DNA of 64,000 bases from a virus (lineage: Duplodnaviria > Caudoviricetes): the IMG/VR virus record IMGVR_UViG_3300037067_009225, positions 49,907 through 113,906 of that record; one strand, 5' to 3'. Positions 39,276-47,460 of the stretch are shown here, piece after piece. A model generated the notes under the pieces. The model had not been told where the DNA came from, ran no database searches, and was given only the letters and a program-made list of their open reading frames with translations. The position numbers were made by a program, and so were the translations under genes. The stretch's first letter is position 1; each line of letters opens with the position of its first letter.

Positions 39276-41129
39276 ACAGTTTCGGCTGCTATTGTTATAT
39301 TACATTTTTGTCTTTTTAATGACGATAAGAACGTAATGGTTGTAGCTAACAAAGGAACAACTGTTATTGAAATTGTTGAAAAAATAAAAAGTATTTATAA
39401 ATTATTACCATTTTTCTTAAAAAAGGGTGTTATAAACTGGAATCAAAAAGCTATTACTTTTGATAATGGTTGTTCAATAAAAACAGAAAAAAGAACTAAA
39501 GAACCAGCAATCGGTTTTACGATTGACATGCTTTACCTTGATGAGTTTGCAAAAATTCCTAATAATATAATTAGACCATATTATACTTCTGTTGTTCCTG
39601 TTGTTTCTTCTATTAAAAATTCAAAAATTATTATTACATCAACACCTGATGGCTATAATTTATTTCACGAATTATTAACTAATGCAGAAAGACCTAAAGG
39701 TGATCCATTGAAGAATCCTTATAAAGCAATGAGAGTTTATTGGTGGCAAATACCTGGGCGTAGAGATACAAAGATATATTTTAATGAACAAAAACTTAAA
39801 AAATATAATGTTACAAAAAATGATATTTTAAAATATTTTAAAGATGCACAAGGATATGAAATTTATAAAGCACAAGAAGATGAAGAAGTTGTATATAAAA
39901 TAAAATTTGATTCAGATTTAGATAAAACAACAATAAATTTCATTAGACAAATTAGGTATAATAATATACCTTTACCTGAATTATGTTTAATAACTAATTG
40001 GCAAGAACAAGAAACCAAACTTATTGGTGGTGAAGACGCATTCAAACAAGAATATGATTTACAATTTATAGCTGGTAATAAACTCTTATTTGATAATGTA
40101 GCTTTAGAAAAGATTAAAATGGGTGAAGAAGTTTTTGATTATCAAGAAATTGATATTATAACAAAAAATTTTAAATTACCTTATACTGATTTACAATTTA
40201 TTCAAAATAGACCAGATTTATTTGATATAAATAAAGTAAAAGATTATACAATTTTATATGGTATAGATTTGAGTGAAGGTTTAAGTCAAGACCATTCAAT
40301 TATAAATATTTTTAGATTATTACCAAAAGAAAAAGAGGTTATTGAAAAAAATAAACATAAATTTACAGATATTTATGATTATTTTAAATTAGAACAAATC
40401 GGTATATTTAGAAATAATATTTATTCTTTAAATGAAGTTGCATTTTTATTTTATTTGATAGCTTTTGAATTTTTTGATCCTGAAAAATCAAAAGCGGTTT
40501 TAGAATTAAACACATATGGTGGTGAGTTTTTAGCACATTTACCAAACGTATTAAACCAAATAAATAATTATTCAAATTCTATATTTTTTAGATTTATACA
40601 TAAAATTGGAGATAGTATTAAAAAGATAGGTTTAAAAATAACTGGTGGTAACGATGGAAAAAAATTATTGGTAAAAGATTATCAAACTGCAGTTAAAAAA
40701 GGTAGTATAATAATTCATAATGATGTCAATATTAAAGAATTATTTGTTTTTACTAAAAAAGAAACACCTAATGGTAGTGTTACATATCAAAGCGAAAGTG
40801 GTCATGATGATTGTGTTATGTCTGTAATAAACTTATCAGCATGTTTAAATACAACACAATATAAAGATATTATTGATACTTATATGCAACATTATTTAGA
40901 CGTAGAAACAAGAAGTTTAATAGAATCTTATATAAATGTATATAATGAAGGTTTAAGTACACCAAATATTGAATCTTTTTCAAGTGGATATAAAAGAGTA
41001 TATGGAAATAATAACCAGACATCAGGTTATCCTATAAGAAAACCTAATCCTTTTGGTGGTAATAGATTTCCAAATCAAAATGGTGGTATGTTTAAACCAC
41101 CTATTAAAAAATCACCTTTTGGTAATTAA
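38826..41129 (+). CDS. terL: split-intein C-part fused to the terminase large subunit C-terminal fragment
   Basis: Intein ends ILSHN|TVSAA; then FDNGCSI, MLYLDEFA (Walker B), ITSTPDG, FKQEY, GIDLSEG and HDDCVMS nuclease motifs. Confidence 0.9.
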   Translation: MSLLKKIILFLIELIEKFEYRNQKNLYNQETELNKILNILPISDITIKTDYGYVPISEINLTKPYQIYKVELENGDLLECADTHIIFTKNHEAKFVKDLTLNDYVLCKENFIDGIKVKNIKKINHKVSMFDLTINTPEMSYYSNNILSHNTVSAAIVILHFCLFNDDKNVMVVANKGTTVIEIVEKIKSIYKLLPFFLKKGVINWNQKAITFDNGCSIKTEKRTKEPAIGFTIDMLYLDEFAKIPNNIIRPYYTSVVPVVSSIKNSKIIITSTPDGYNLFHELLTNAERPKGDPLKNPYKAMRVYWWQIPGRRDTKIYFNEQKLKKYNVTKNDILKYFKDAQGYEIYKAQEDEEVVYKIKFDSDLDKTTINFIRQIRYNNIPLPELCLITNWQEQETKLIGGEDAFKQEYDLQFIAGNKLLFDNVALEKIKMGEEVFDYQEIDIITKNFKLPYTDLQFIQNRPDLFDINKVKDYTILYGIDLSEGLSQDHSIINIFRLLPKEKEVIEKNKHKFTDIYDYFKLEQIGIFRNNIYSLNEVAFLFYLIAFEFFDPEKSKAVLELNTYGGEFLAHLPNVLNQINNYSNSIFFRFIHKIGDSIKKIGLKITGGNDGKKLLVKDYQTAVKKGSIIIHNDVNIKELFVFTKKETPNGSVTYQSESGHDDCVMSVINLSACLNTTQYKDIIDTYMQHYLDVETRSLIESYINVYNEGLSTPNIESFSSGYKRVYGNNNQTSGYPIRKPNPFGGNRFPNQNGGMFKPPIKKSPFGN

Positions 41130-42011
41130 TTTTGCTAATAATTTATAAATATCATTTTTTGTTTCATGCCATAAATCTTCATTGATACGAATAAATGTAC
41201 ATTTATATTTATTTTCAATATATTTTTGTCTTTCTAAATCTTTAGAAATTTTATTTTTATGATATTTTTCATCATATTCAATTATTATATTATGAGATTC
41301 GATATAACCATCAACAAAATATCTTTCAAATTTCTTTTCTCCACCATTTAAAGCATGTTGAATGTTAACATTAAAATGTTTGGATATTTCGTTAAATATA
41401 TCAATAGATTTAATATTAAAATTAGGAACTATATGAAAAAAAGCTTCGCCTTTATTTTTTATACATGTTTCAATTGCTTTATTTAAAATATTAATATTTT
41501 GTAATGGATATTTACAACCATTATTTTTTAAGCAAGTTTGTTCTCTTTTATATATAACTTCTTTATCTTGTAATGCATATTCTACATTCCTTCTTTTAAG
41601 ATTCGTTTTTTTCATTTTTTCTTTTACTATTTCACATTGCGCTGGATATTCAACATTATAATTATTTAAACTTGTTTGTATCTTTTTTTCTTTAATAAAA
41701 TCTAATTTAGAAACATTTGTTGTGTTGTATTTTTCTAAAATAGTATTATCTCTTTTTATTTTACAACAATCTTTACAATAATATTTTTCTGTTAATTCAT
41801 TAGTAAATAAATAATAATCTTTAAAAACAACATATTTTTCTTTATGACATTCATCACATTTACATTTTATTTTAATATGAGAACCTTTACTAATATGTTT
41901 TACGTTTATTTCAAAAAAATTATTATATTTAGTAAAAATATAACCTAAATTTTCATAATGTTTTCTATTATTTACATGCCATCTTATTAAAATTTTATTA
42001 TCAACTATCAT
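41112..42011 (-). CDS. putative homing endonuclease (Vsr/DUF559-like C-terminus)
   Basis: CKCDEC...CKDCC Zn motif, KYN/NYN repeats, HALNGGEK, FVDGYIESHNIIIEYDEKYH; overlaps the terL 3' end convergently. Confidence 0.72.
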   Translation of the reverse strand: MIVDNKILIRWHVNNRKHYENLGYIFTKYNNFFEINVKHISKGSHIKIKCKCDECHKEKYVVFKDYYLFTNELTEKYYCKDCCKIKRDNTILEKYNTTNVSKLDFIKEKKIQTSLNNYNVEYPAQCEIVKEKMKKTNLKRRNVEYALQDKEVIYKREQTCLKNNGCKYPLQNINILNKAIETCIKNKGEAFFHIVPNFNIKSIDIFNEISKHFNVNIQHALNGGEKKFERYFVDGYIESHNIIIEYDEKYHKNKISKDLERQKYIENKYKCTFIRINEDLWHETKNDIYKLLAKLITKR

Positions 42012-42087
42012 TTTTACTTTTTTATATTTAAAAAAATAAACTTTGTTGATTTTTTGTTATATAATTAATTAAACAAAAAATATATTT

Positions 42088-42909
42088 ATGTCTACTAAAA
42101 GAGAACTTAAAAAATTAGATTTTTCTTTTTCTAAAGAACAATTACAAAAATTTATTGATAAATTATCAGATTTATCAGCCATTGATGATTATATTGTATT
42201 TAAAATAGATAAGAAAAACTTTTTAATATATACGGTGGCATCTGATCCAAGTGATAAAAATAATAGAACCATATTAGCTTTTAAAAGTTATACATTTGAT
42301 TTATCTGAAATAATTAATATTAAAAATGATTTGGATGAACAAATAGTTTATATTTTAAAAGATACTAAAAAAACATTAAGAAATATTAGAAATTTTATAG
42401 AATTTGATGAGATTATTACATGTAGTATAACATATGATTCTATTAATGATATAAATTTTGGTGATTGTTTTAAATTAAAAAATAGTAAATTAAGATTAAA
42501 TTTTCAAGGTGGATCACCAAGAGATTCTAACATAAAAATAAGCACTAATGCTATAAAAGAAAAATCTACACCAGAATTAATGTTGTTTGATTTTAATATA
42601 ACTAAAGAAGATTTTGATAAAGCTAAAAAATTAGCATTAATTGAAGTAGAAAATGATGTTATATACTTTGTTGTACATGATAAAGAATTAAGTATTGCAG
42701 AAAATCGTTGGGCCTTAAAATTATGTGATTTTACATATAAAGATAAAAGTGATGTAGATTTAGATATAAATATTTGTATACCTAAAAGATTTTTCAAAAC
42801 AGCAACTTGTGATGATAAAGGTTTAAATGTAAAAATATTTCAAACTCACATAATAATGGATAATGAAAAATCAAGCTTAATGATATCAAGACAAATATCA
42901 TTAAATTAA
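42088..42909 (+). CDS. putative DNA polymerase sliding clamp (gp45/PCNA-like)
   Basis: 273 aa with two repeated helix/beta-strand modules of clamp-like periodicity; no diagnostic motif. Confidence 0.4.
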   Translation: MSTKRELKKLDFSFSKEQLQKFIDKLSDLSAIDDYIVFKIDKKNFLIYTVASDPSDKNNRTILAFKSYTFDLSEIINIKNDLDEQIVYILKDTKKTLRNIRNFIEFDEIITCSITYDSINDINFGDCFKLKNSKLRLNFQGGSPRDSNIKISTNAIKEKSTPELMLFDFNITKEDFDKAKKLALIEVENDVIYFVVHDKELSIAENRWALKLCDFTYKDKSDVDLDINICIPKRFFKTATCDDKGLNVKIFQTHIIMDNEKSSLMISRQISLN

Positions 42910-42929
42910 AAAAAAAATAAAATAAAAAT

Positions 42930-43577
42930 ATGAAAAAAATAATAGAATTAATTAATAGTGAACATATTCATTTTAGAGATGAAAATATTATAGTTGATGA
43001 AAACGATAAAGAAATAATAAAAGATAAAATATCTTTACCATTAAGAAGTTTTGATGTTCAAAATATTGAAAAATCTGGTTTAATTTTAGATATAACATTA
43101 CAAAATATGTTTTATGGTGAAATAAAAACAAAAATATATAATATAGTATTAAAACATATTTTCAATTCTAATAATATTAAAAAAATTGATGGTTCTTTGT
43201 CATATAAAAGCGATTCAGAATTATATAAATTATTAAACAACAATAACGATTATACATTAGTTTCTAACGTTCAAGTAGGAACAGTTATTAGTGATATGTC
43301 TATTTATAATTATATTAATATTAAAAATATAACCACAAATGGTCATATGTATGAATATGGTAATATTTATGATAATGCTATTTGTATTGATCCTTATATG
43401 AGATGGGATGATAATAGAATGGCTATGGTGTTTAATAAATTTTTTAATTTTAAAATTGATTCTTTAGTAGATTTAAAATATATTGATACATTTACACCTG
43501 CACTTGATGCTGATATATATATCAAATTTAATGATGTTATTGTAGATTTATATCAAGTAGAAAATATACAAATTTAA
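42930..43577 (+). CDS. divergent major-capsid-protein-like (gp23 P-domain) fragment
   Basis: TLVSNVQVGTVISD...MYEYGNIYDNAICIDPYMRWDDNRM recalls the gp23 NFII...V...GxLxGxxVYxDxY segment. Confidence 0.4.
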   Translation: MKKIIELINSEHIHFRDENIIVDENDKEIIKDKISLPLRSFDVQNIEKSGLILDITLQNMFYGEIKTKIYNIVLKHIFNSNNIKKIDGSLSYKSDSELYKLLNNNNDYTLVSNVQVGTVISDMSIYNYINIKNITTNGHMYEYGNIYDNAICIDPYMRWDDNRMAMVFNKFFNFKIDSLVDLKYIDTFTPALDADIYIKFNDVIVDLYQVENIQI

Positions 43578-43583
43578 ATAAAA

Positions 43584-44027
43584 ATGAGAAATTGGGATAA
43601 AAAATATTTTGAATTAGCTGAATATATTTCTACTTGGAGTAAAGATAGAAGTACGAAAATTGGTGCTATTATTGTAAAAAACAATGATGTAATTTCTACA
43701 GGTTTTAATGGATTTCCAATAGGTGCAAATGATGATGTAGAAGAAAGACATCAAAGACCATTAAAATATTCTTGGACAGAGCATTCTGAAAGGAATGCTA
43801 TATATAGTGCTGCTAAACATGGAAAATCTACAAACGGTTGTACTATATATGTTAAATGGTTTCCTTGTGCTGATTGTGCAAGAGCTATAATACAATCTGG
43901 AATAATAAGATTAGTTTGTAACAGACCTGATTTTAATCATGAACGTTGGGGTGAAAGTTTTAAAATTGCACATGAAATGTTAACAGAATGTAATATTAAA
44001 ATAGATTACATAGAAGATTTAATTTAA
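43584..44027 (+). CDS. dCMP deaminase
   Basis: SKDRSTKIGAII, TGFNG, HSERNAI, PCADC zinc motifs. Confidence 0.92.
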   Translation: MRNWDKKYFELAEYISTWSKDRSTKIGAIIVKNNDVISTGFNGFPIGANDDVEERHQRPLKYSWTEHSERNAIYSAAKHGKSTNGCTIYVKWFPCADCARAIIQSGIIRLVCNRPDFNHERWGESFKIAHEMLTECNIKIDYIEDLI

Positions 44028-44045
44028 AAAACAAAATATAAAATT

Positions 44046-44327
44046 ATGGAAAAACCTGAAGTGTTTATTTGTGAATGTTATAATACAGAACATCAAATCA
44101 TAGTTAATTATGATGAAGAAGATAATATAACATTTTTTACTATTCATTTAACAACATGGAGAAATCCATTTAAAAGATTATGGAAAGCTATAAAATATGT
44201 TTTTGGCTATAAATGCAGATATGGACATTTTGATGAGTTTATTTTAAATCCAAAAGATGTTAAAAGATTAAAAGAACATCTGAATAAATTGGATGAAACT
44301 AAACCATATAGAGAAGATTATAAATAA
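44046..44327 (+). CDS. hypothetical protein
   Basis: CxC..EH motif; RLWKAIKYVFG. Confidence 0.6.
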   Translation: MEKPEVFICECYNTEHQIIVNYDEEDNITFFTIHLTTWRNPFKRLWKAIKYVFGYKCRYGHFDEFILNPKDVKRLKEHLNKLDETKPYREDYK

Positions 44328-44349
44328 CCCACAAAATTGTGGGTTTTTT
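44326..44349 (+). terminator. intrinsic terminator
   Basis: AACCCACAA/TTGTGGGTT stem plus T-tract. Confidence 0.75.
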
Positions 44350-44402
44350 GTTTAAAAATTAAAATAAAAATTTTATATATAATAAAAAATAAAAATTTTA
44401 AT

Positions 44403-44996
44403 ATGAAACACATTAAATCTTTTGATAAATTATACGAATCTCTTATAGAAGATAAAGCTAAAGAGTATACTGATGAAAATTGTATATTAATTGGTTCTAA
44501 TCAATCTACTTGGTCTTGGGAATATGATATTGATAATGTATATGCTTTTTTATTTATGAATAAAGAAAATGGTGATTTAACATTAAAATTTTTAAAAGAA
44601 CATATTAAAACTGGTATTGGTGCTGGCACAAGAAAAAATATTATTGAAATAGCTTCTGTTGGTACTATTACAAAACCAGCTAAAGCTGAAATAATTTCTT
44701 TATTAAAAAAACATGGTCATGAGAAATCAAGAGCAGGTTATAACTTTAAAAGAGATGGTTGGTCATTATTTGGTTCAGATGAAGGAAATTTAACTTTAAA
44801 TGAAATATTAACTAATGAAAAAGTTTTAAGAATTGCTAAAATTAAGAGTATACTTAATGACGATGAAACAATAGAAGAAAAACCTACATCTAAATATAAT
44901 CCAGAAAGAAACGCTAAATTATCAGCAATTCACAAGAAATTATACATGTTAAGTGATGATGAAATAGATATTTTATATAATAAAATTAATAGATAA
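44403..44996 (+). CDS. hypothetical protein with CTS-like N-terminus (likely start 44403)
   Basis: MKHIKSFDKLYES after a TTTTATATATAAT motif; internal LRIAKIKSIL. Confidence 0.6.
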   Translation: MKHIKSFDKLYESLIEDKAKEYTDENCILIGSNQSTWSWEYDIDNVYAFLFMNKENGDLTLKFLKEHIKTGIGAGTRKNIIEIASVGTITKPAKAEIISLLKKHGHEKSRAGYNFKRDGWSLFGSDEGNLTLNEILTNEKVLRIAKIKSILNDDETIEEKPTSKYNPERNAKLSAIHKKLYMLSDDEIDILYNKINR

Positions 44997-44999
44997 AAG

Positions 45000-45028
45000 A
45001 AAAGGGAAATTTTTTAATTTCCCTTTTT
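45000..45028. terminator. bidirectional intrinsic terminator
   Basis: AAAAGGGAAATT/AATTTCCCTTTT between convergent genes. Confidence 0.75.
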
Positions 45029-45455
45029 ATTTTTTATAAAGTTGGTTTTTTAATTCATTAAAGCAAACATTACCCCAATATTTTTCAAATCTACAAGATT
45101 TTAATTCATGTGGATGATAAAAACTAATATATTCTTCATCAAAACCTTTTTTTCTCATATCTTTTAAAATTTTAACAAATTCTTTATTATTTAAAAGATA
45201 ATGTTTATATTCATGTGCAACAACTTCACATAAATTTTTATAACTATTTATATTTTCTAAAAAAACACTAATAAAATTTTTTTTATAATCATAACAACCA
45301 TACAATCCATTTTTACCATAAGATAAACCTTTTGAGTTGCATACTCTCAATTTAGGCATTTTTTTAACAAATTCAGATTTACCGAATTTGTTAATACACC
45401 ATTCTAAAATAATCTCAACCTTTTCTCTACTAATATTTTTTTCTACCAGATTCAT
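45027..45455 (-). CDS. HExxH zinc metallopeptidase-like protein
   Basis: LYGCY...VVAHEYKHYL...HPHE; TAAATTTG box at 45479-45486. Confidence 0.6.
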   Translation of the reverse strand: MNLVEKNISREKVEIILEWCINKFGKSEFVKKMPKLRVCNSKGLSYGKNGLYGCYDYKKNFISVFLENINSYKNLCEVVAHEYKHYLLNNKEFVKILKDMRKKGFDEEYISFYHPHELKSCRFEKYWGNVCFNELKNQLYKK

Positions 45456-45565
45456 TTTTGATTATTTTAATTATTATACAAATTTAAAGAAAAATATTAA
45501 GAAAAAAAAATATTTTTAAATAAATTTAGATATTTATGAATAAATAATGATTATTTATTCACATT

Positions 45566-46516
45566 TTACTGTTTATTTATGTTTAAAATATTATTAAATT
45601 CCTTTAATAATTCTGAATTATCGTTTATTTTAGATAAAATTAACTCATCTACATCAAAAAAATCACTTATTCTATCATCTTCAGGCTCTTTTACATCTTC
45701 TTCACAAATCAAAGATTGGATGTTATAATTAGATATTTTTATTTTAAATTCCATATTATCCATTAAATCTTTATTAACTACCATATCTACAACATTATTT
45801 TGAAAATATGTTTCATCAAAATTTTTTAATTCTTCTATATTATTAATATGTAATGTTACAAATTTGAAATTTGTTTTGTTTAAAATGAATTTATCATTAT
45901 TACTATTAATATCCAATACAAAAAAACCTTTATTTTTAGTGTTTGGTTCAATTTGATATGGTGTGCCAACTGAAACAATATTATTTTCTACATAATTATC
46001 TTTTGAATATCCAGAATATATTTTTTTATATTTTAATAAATAGTTTTTATCAATATTACTCATATTATTAGATGTGAATATATAATCTATATTTTCATGT
46101 TTATTTAAAATATTAATAATATTTTTATCATATGAAAATAGTAATATATTATCATTTATTGACATTGTATCATTTACAATAAAAATATTCTTATAATTTT
46201 TAAATATTGTTAATGTATTTATATCGTTATTTGATGTGTATCTATCATGTTCACCAATTAAGAAATAAACTGGCAATATATTTGAAATTTTTTCAAAAAT
46301 AGTTTGAACAGAATTAATAGCTTTTACATTTAACTGTTGTTTACTAACAAACAGATTTCCTAAATGAATAAAATAATCGTCTTTTTTAGCGTATTTTTGA
46401 AGAAAAGGTATTAATTCATCATTGAAGAATTTTTCACTTTCTTCTAAAAAACGATTAAATCCGACATAATTTTTGTAGCCAAAAAGTGTATTTGATATAG
46501 AAAAAATTTTAGACAT
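45566..46516 (-). CDS. Mre11/SbcD/gp47-like metallophosphoesterase with degenerate metal ligands
   Basis: ISNTLFG (cf. SDxH), HLGNLF (GD), LIGEHD (GNHD), YSGYS (GHxH), VGTPYQ, KGFFVLD. Confidence 0.7.
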   Translation of the reverse strand: MSKIFSISNTLFGYKNYVGFNRFLEESEKFFNDELIPFLQKYAKKDDYFIHLGNLFVSKQQLNVKAINSVQTIFEKISNILPVYFLIGEHDRYTSNNDINTLTIFKNYKNIFIVNDTMSINDNILLFSYDKNIINILNKHENIDYIFTSNNMSNIDKNYLLKYKKIYSGYSKDNYVENNIVSVGTPYQIEPNTKNKGFFVLDINSNNDKFILNKTNFKFVTLHINNIEELKNFDETYFQNNVVDMVVNKDLMDNMEFKIKISNYNIQSLICEEDVKEPEDDRISDFFDVDELILSKINDNSELLKEFNNILNINKQ

Positions 46517-46546
46517 ACATATTATATATCTAAAATATTATAAAGT

Positions 46547-47377
46547 TTATTCTATTAAATTTTTTATTTTAATTAACCTTTCATCTTTAATAGATTCCAG
46601 CTTAAACTTTTCATCATAAATAAGAGATATTAAATCTTCTTTACTTATTCTCATATGAGAACCTTCTGGAATATTATTATACATGTAATATTCTATATAA
46701 ATACTATCATTTATTATCTTTTTGATAGTAAATTTATGAATTTTATTTCTTTTATGTAATGTTTTTTTTGCTGTTAATAGAATATCTCTAATATAAGTTA
46801 CTCCAACATATATACTTTTATCTAATATTTCAAATTCAATACTTTTATGTACTGATTTAATTTTATTTTTAATTTTTGAAACTTCACTTTCTAATTGATA
46901 TTTTTCTTTTTGTGTTGTATAATATACTTTATAAAACTTTAATAAATTTTTATAAAAAATAGATTTATTCTTTATATCTTCACCTATATTTCCAAGTAAA
47001 ATTATGGCATTCAATTTATGGTTATCATCAACATCGAAATCATATTTTATATAATTAATCACAAAATTTATATCATTTTCTTTTTTTCTTTCGTCACCAT
47101 AAATATAATTATACGAAAAATTGAATTGTGCAAAATTAGTATTATAGTAATATAAAGTTATAGTATCAAATTCCAATTTAATTTCAAAATTGAAATCTTT
47201 TGAACATTTTTTATTCAGAATCGTTTTCAATTTAATAATATTCTTTAAACATAAATTATTAAATTTATCAGATATATTACGATATTTAATCTCCTTTTTG
47301 TTTAATTCCTTATTAAACTTATCTAACTCATTATTAAGTTCATTAATATTATATCCAGTATAAGTATCTAACACCAT
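46547..47377 (-). CDS. coiled-coil hypothetical protein with C-terminal RxxK motif
   Basis: Likely ATG at 47377 after TATCTTTG (47393-47400); ends ERLIKIKNLIE. Confidence 0.55.
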   Translation of the reverse strand: MVLDTYTGYNINELNNELDKFNKELNKKEIKYRNISDKFNNLCLKNIIKLKTILNKKCSKDFNFEIKLEFDTITLYYYNTNFAQFNFSYNYIYGDERKKENDINFVINYIKYDFDVDDNHKLNAIILLGNIGEDIKNKSIFYKNLLKFYKVYYTTQKEKYQLESEVSKIKNKIKSVHKSIEFEILDKSIYVGVTYIRDILLTAKKTLHKRNKIHKFTIKKIINDSIYIEYYMYNNIPEGSHMRISKEDLISLIYDEKFKLESIKDERLIKIKNLIE

Positions 47378-47425
47378 AAATATAATTTTGAACAAAGATA
47401 CAAAATTGCTAATAAATAAAAAAAT

Positions 47426-47453
47426 AAAAAGGGTACTTTTTCAAGTACCCTTT
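47426..47453 (-). terminator. intrinsic terminator downstream of nrdJ
   Basis: AAAGGGTACTT/AAGTACCCTTT stem with a U-tract on the minus strand. Confidence 0.75.
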
Positions 47454-47460
47454 CAGTATA

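Noticed and set aside
44337-44402. ORF-track N-terminal extension (TTG start) of the 44403 gene
   Set aside because: It overlaps the upstream terminator and the promoter-like motif; the ATG at 44403 gives the CTS-like N-terminus
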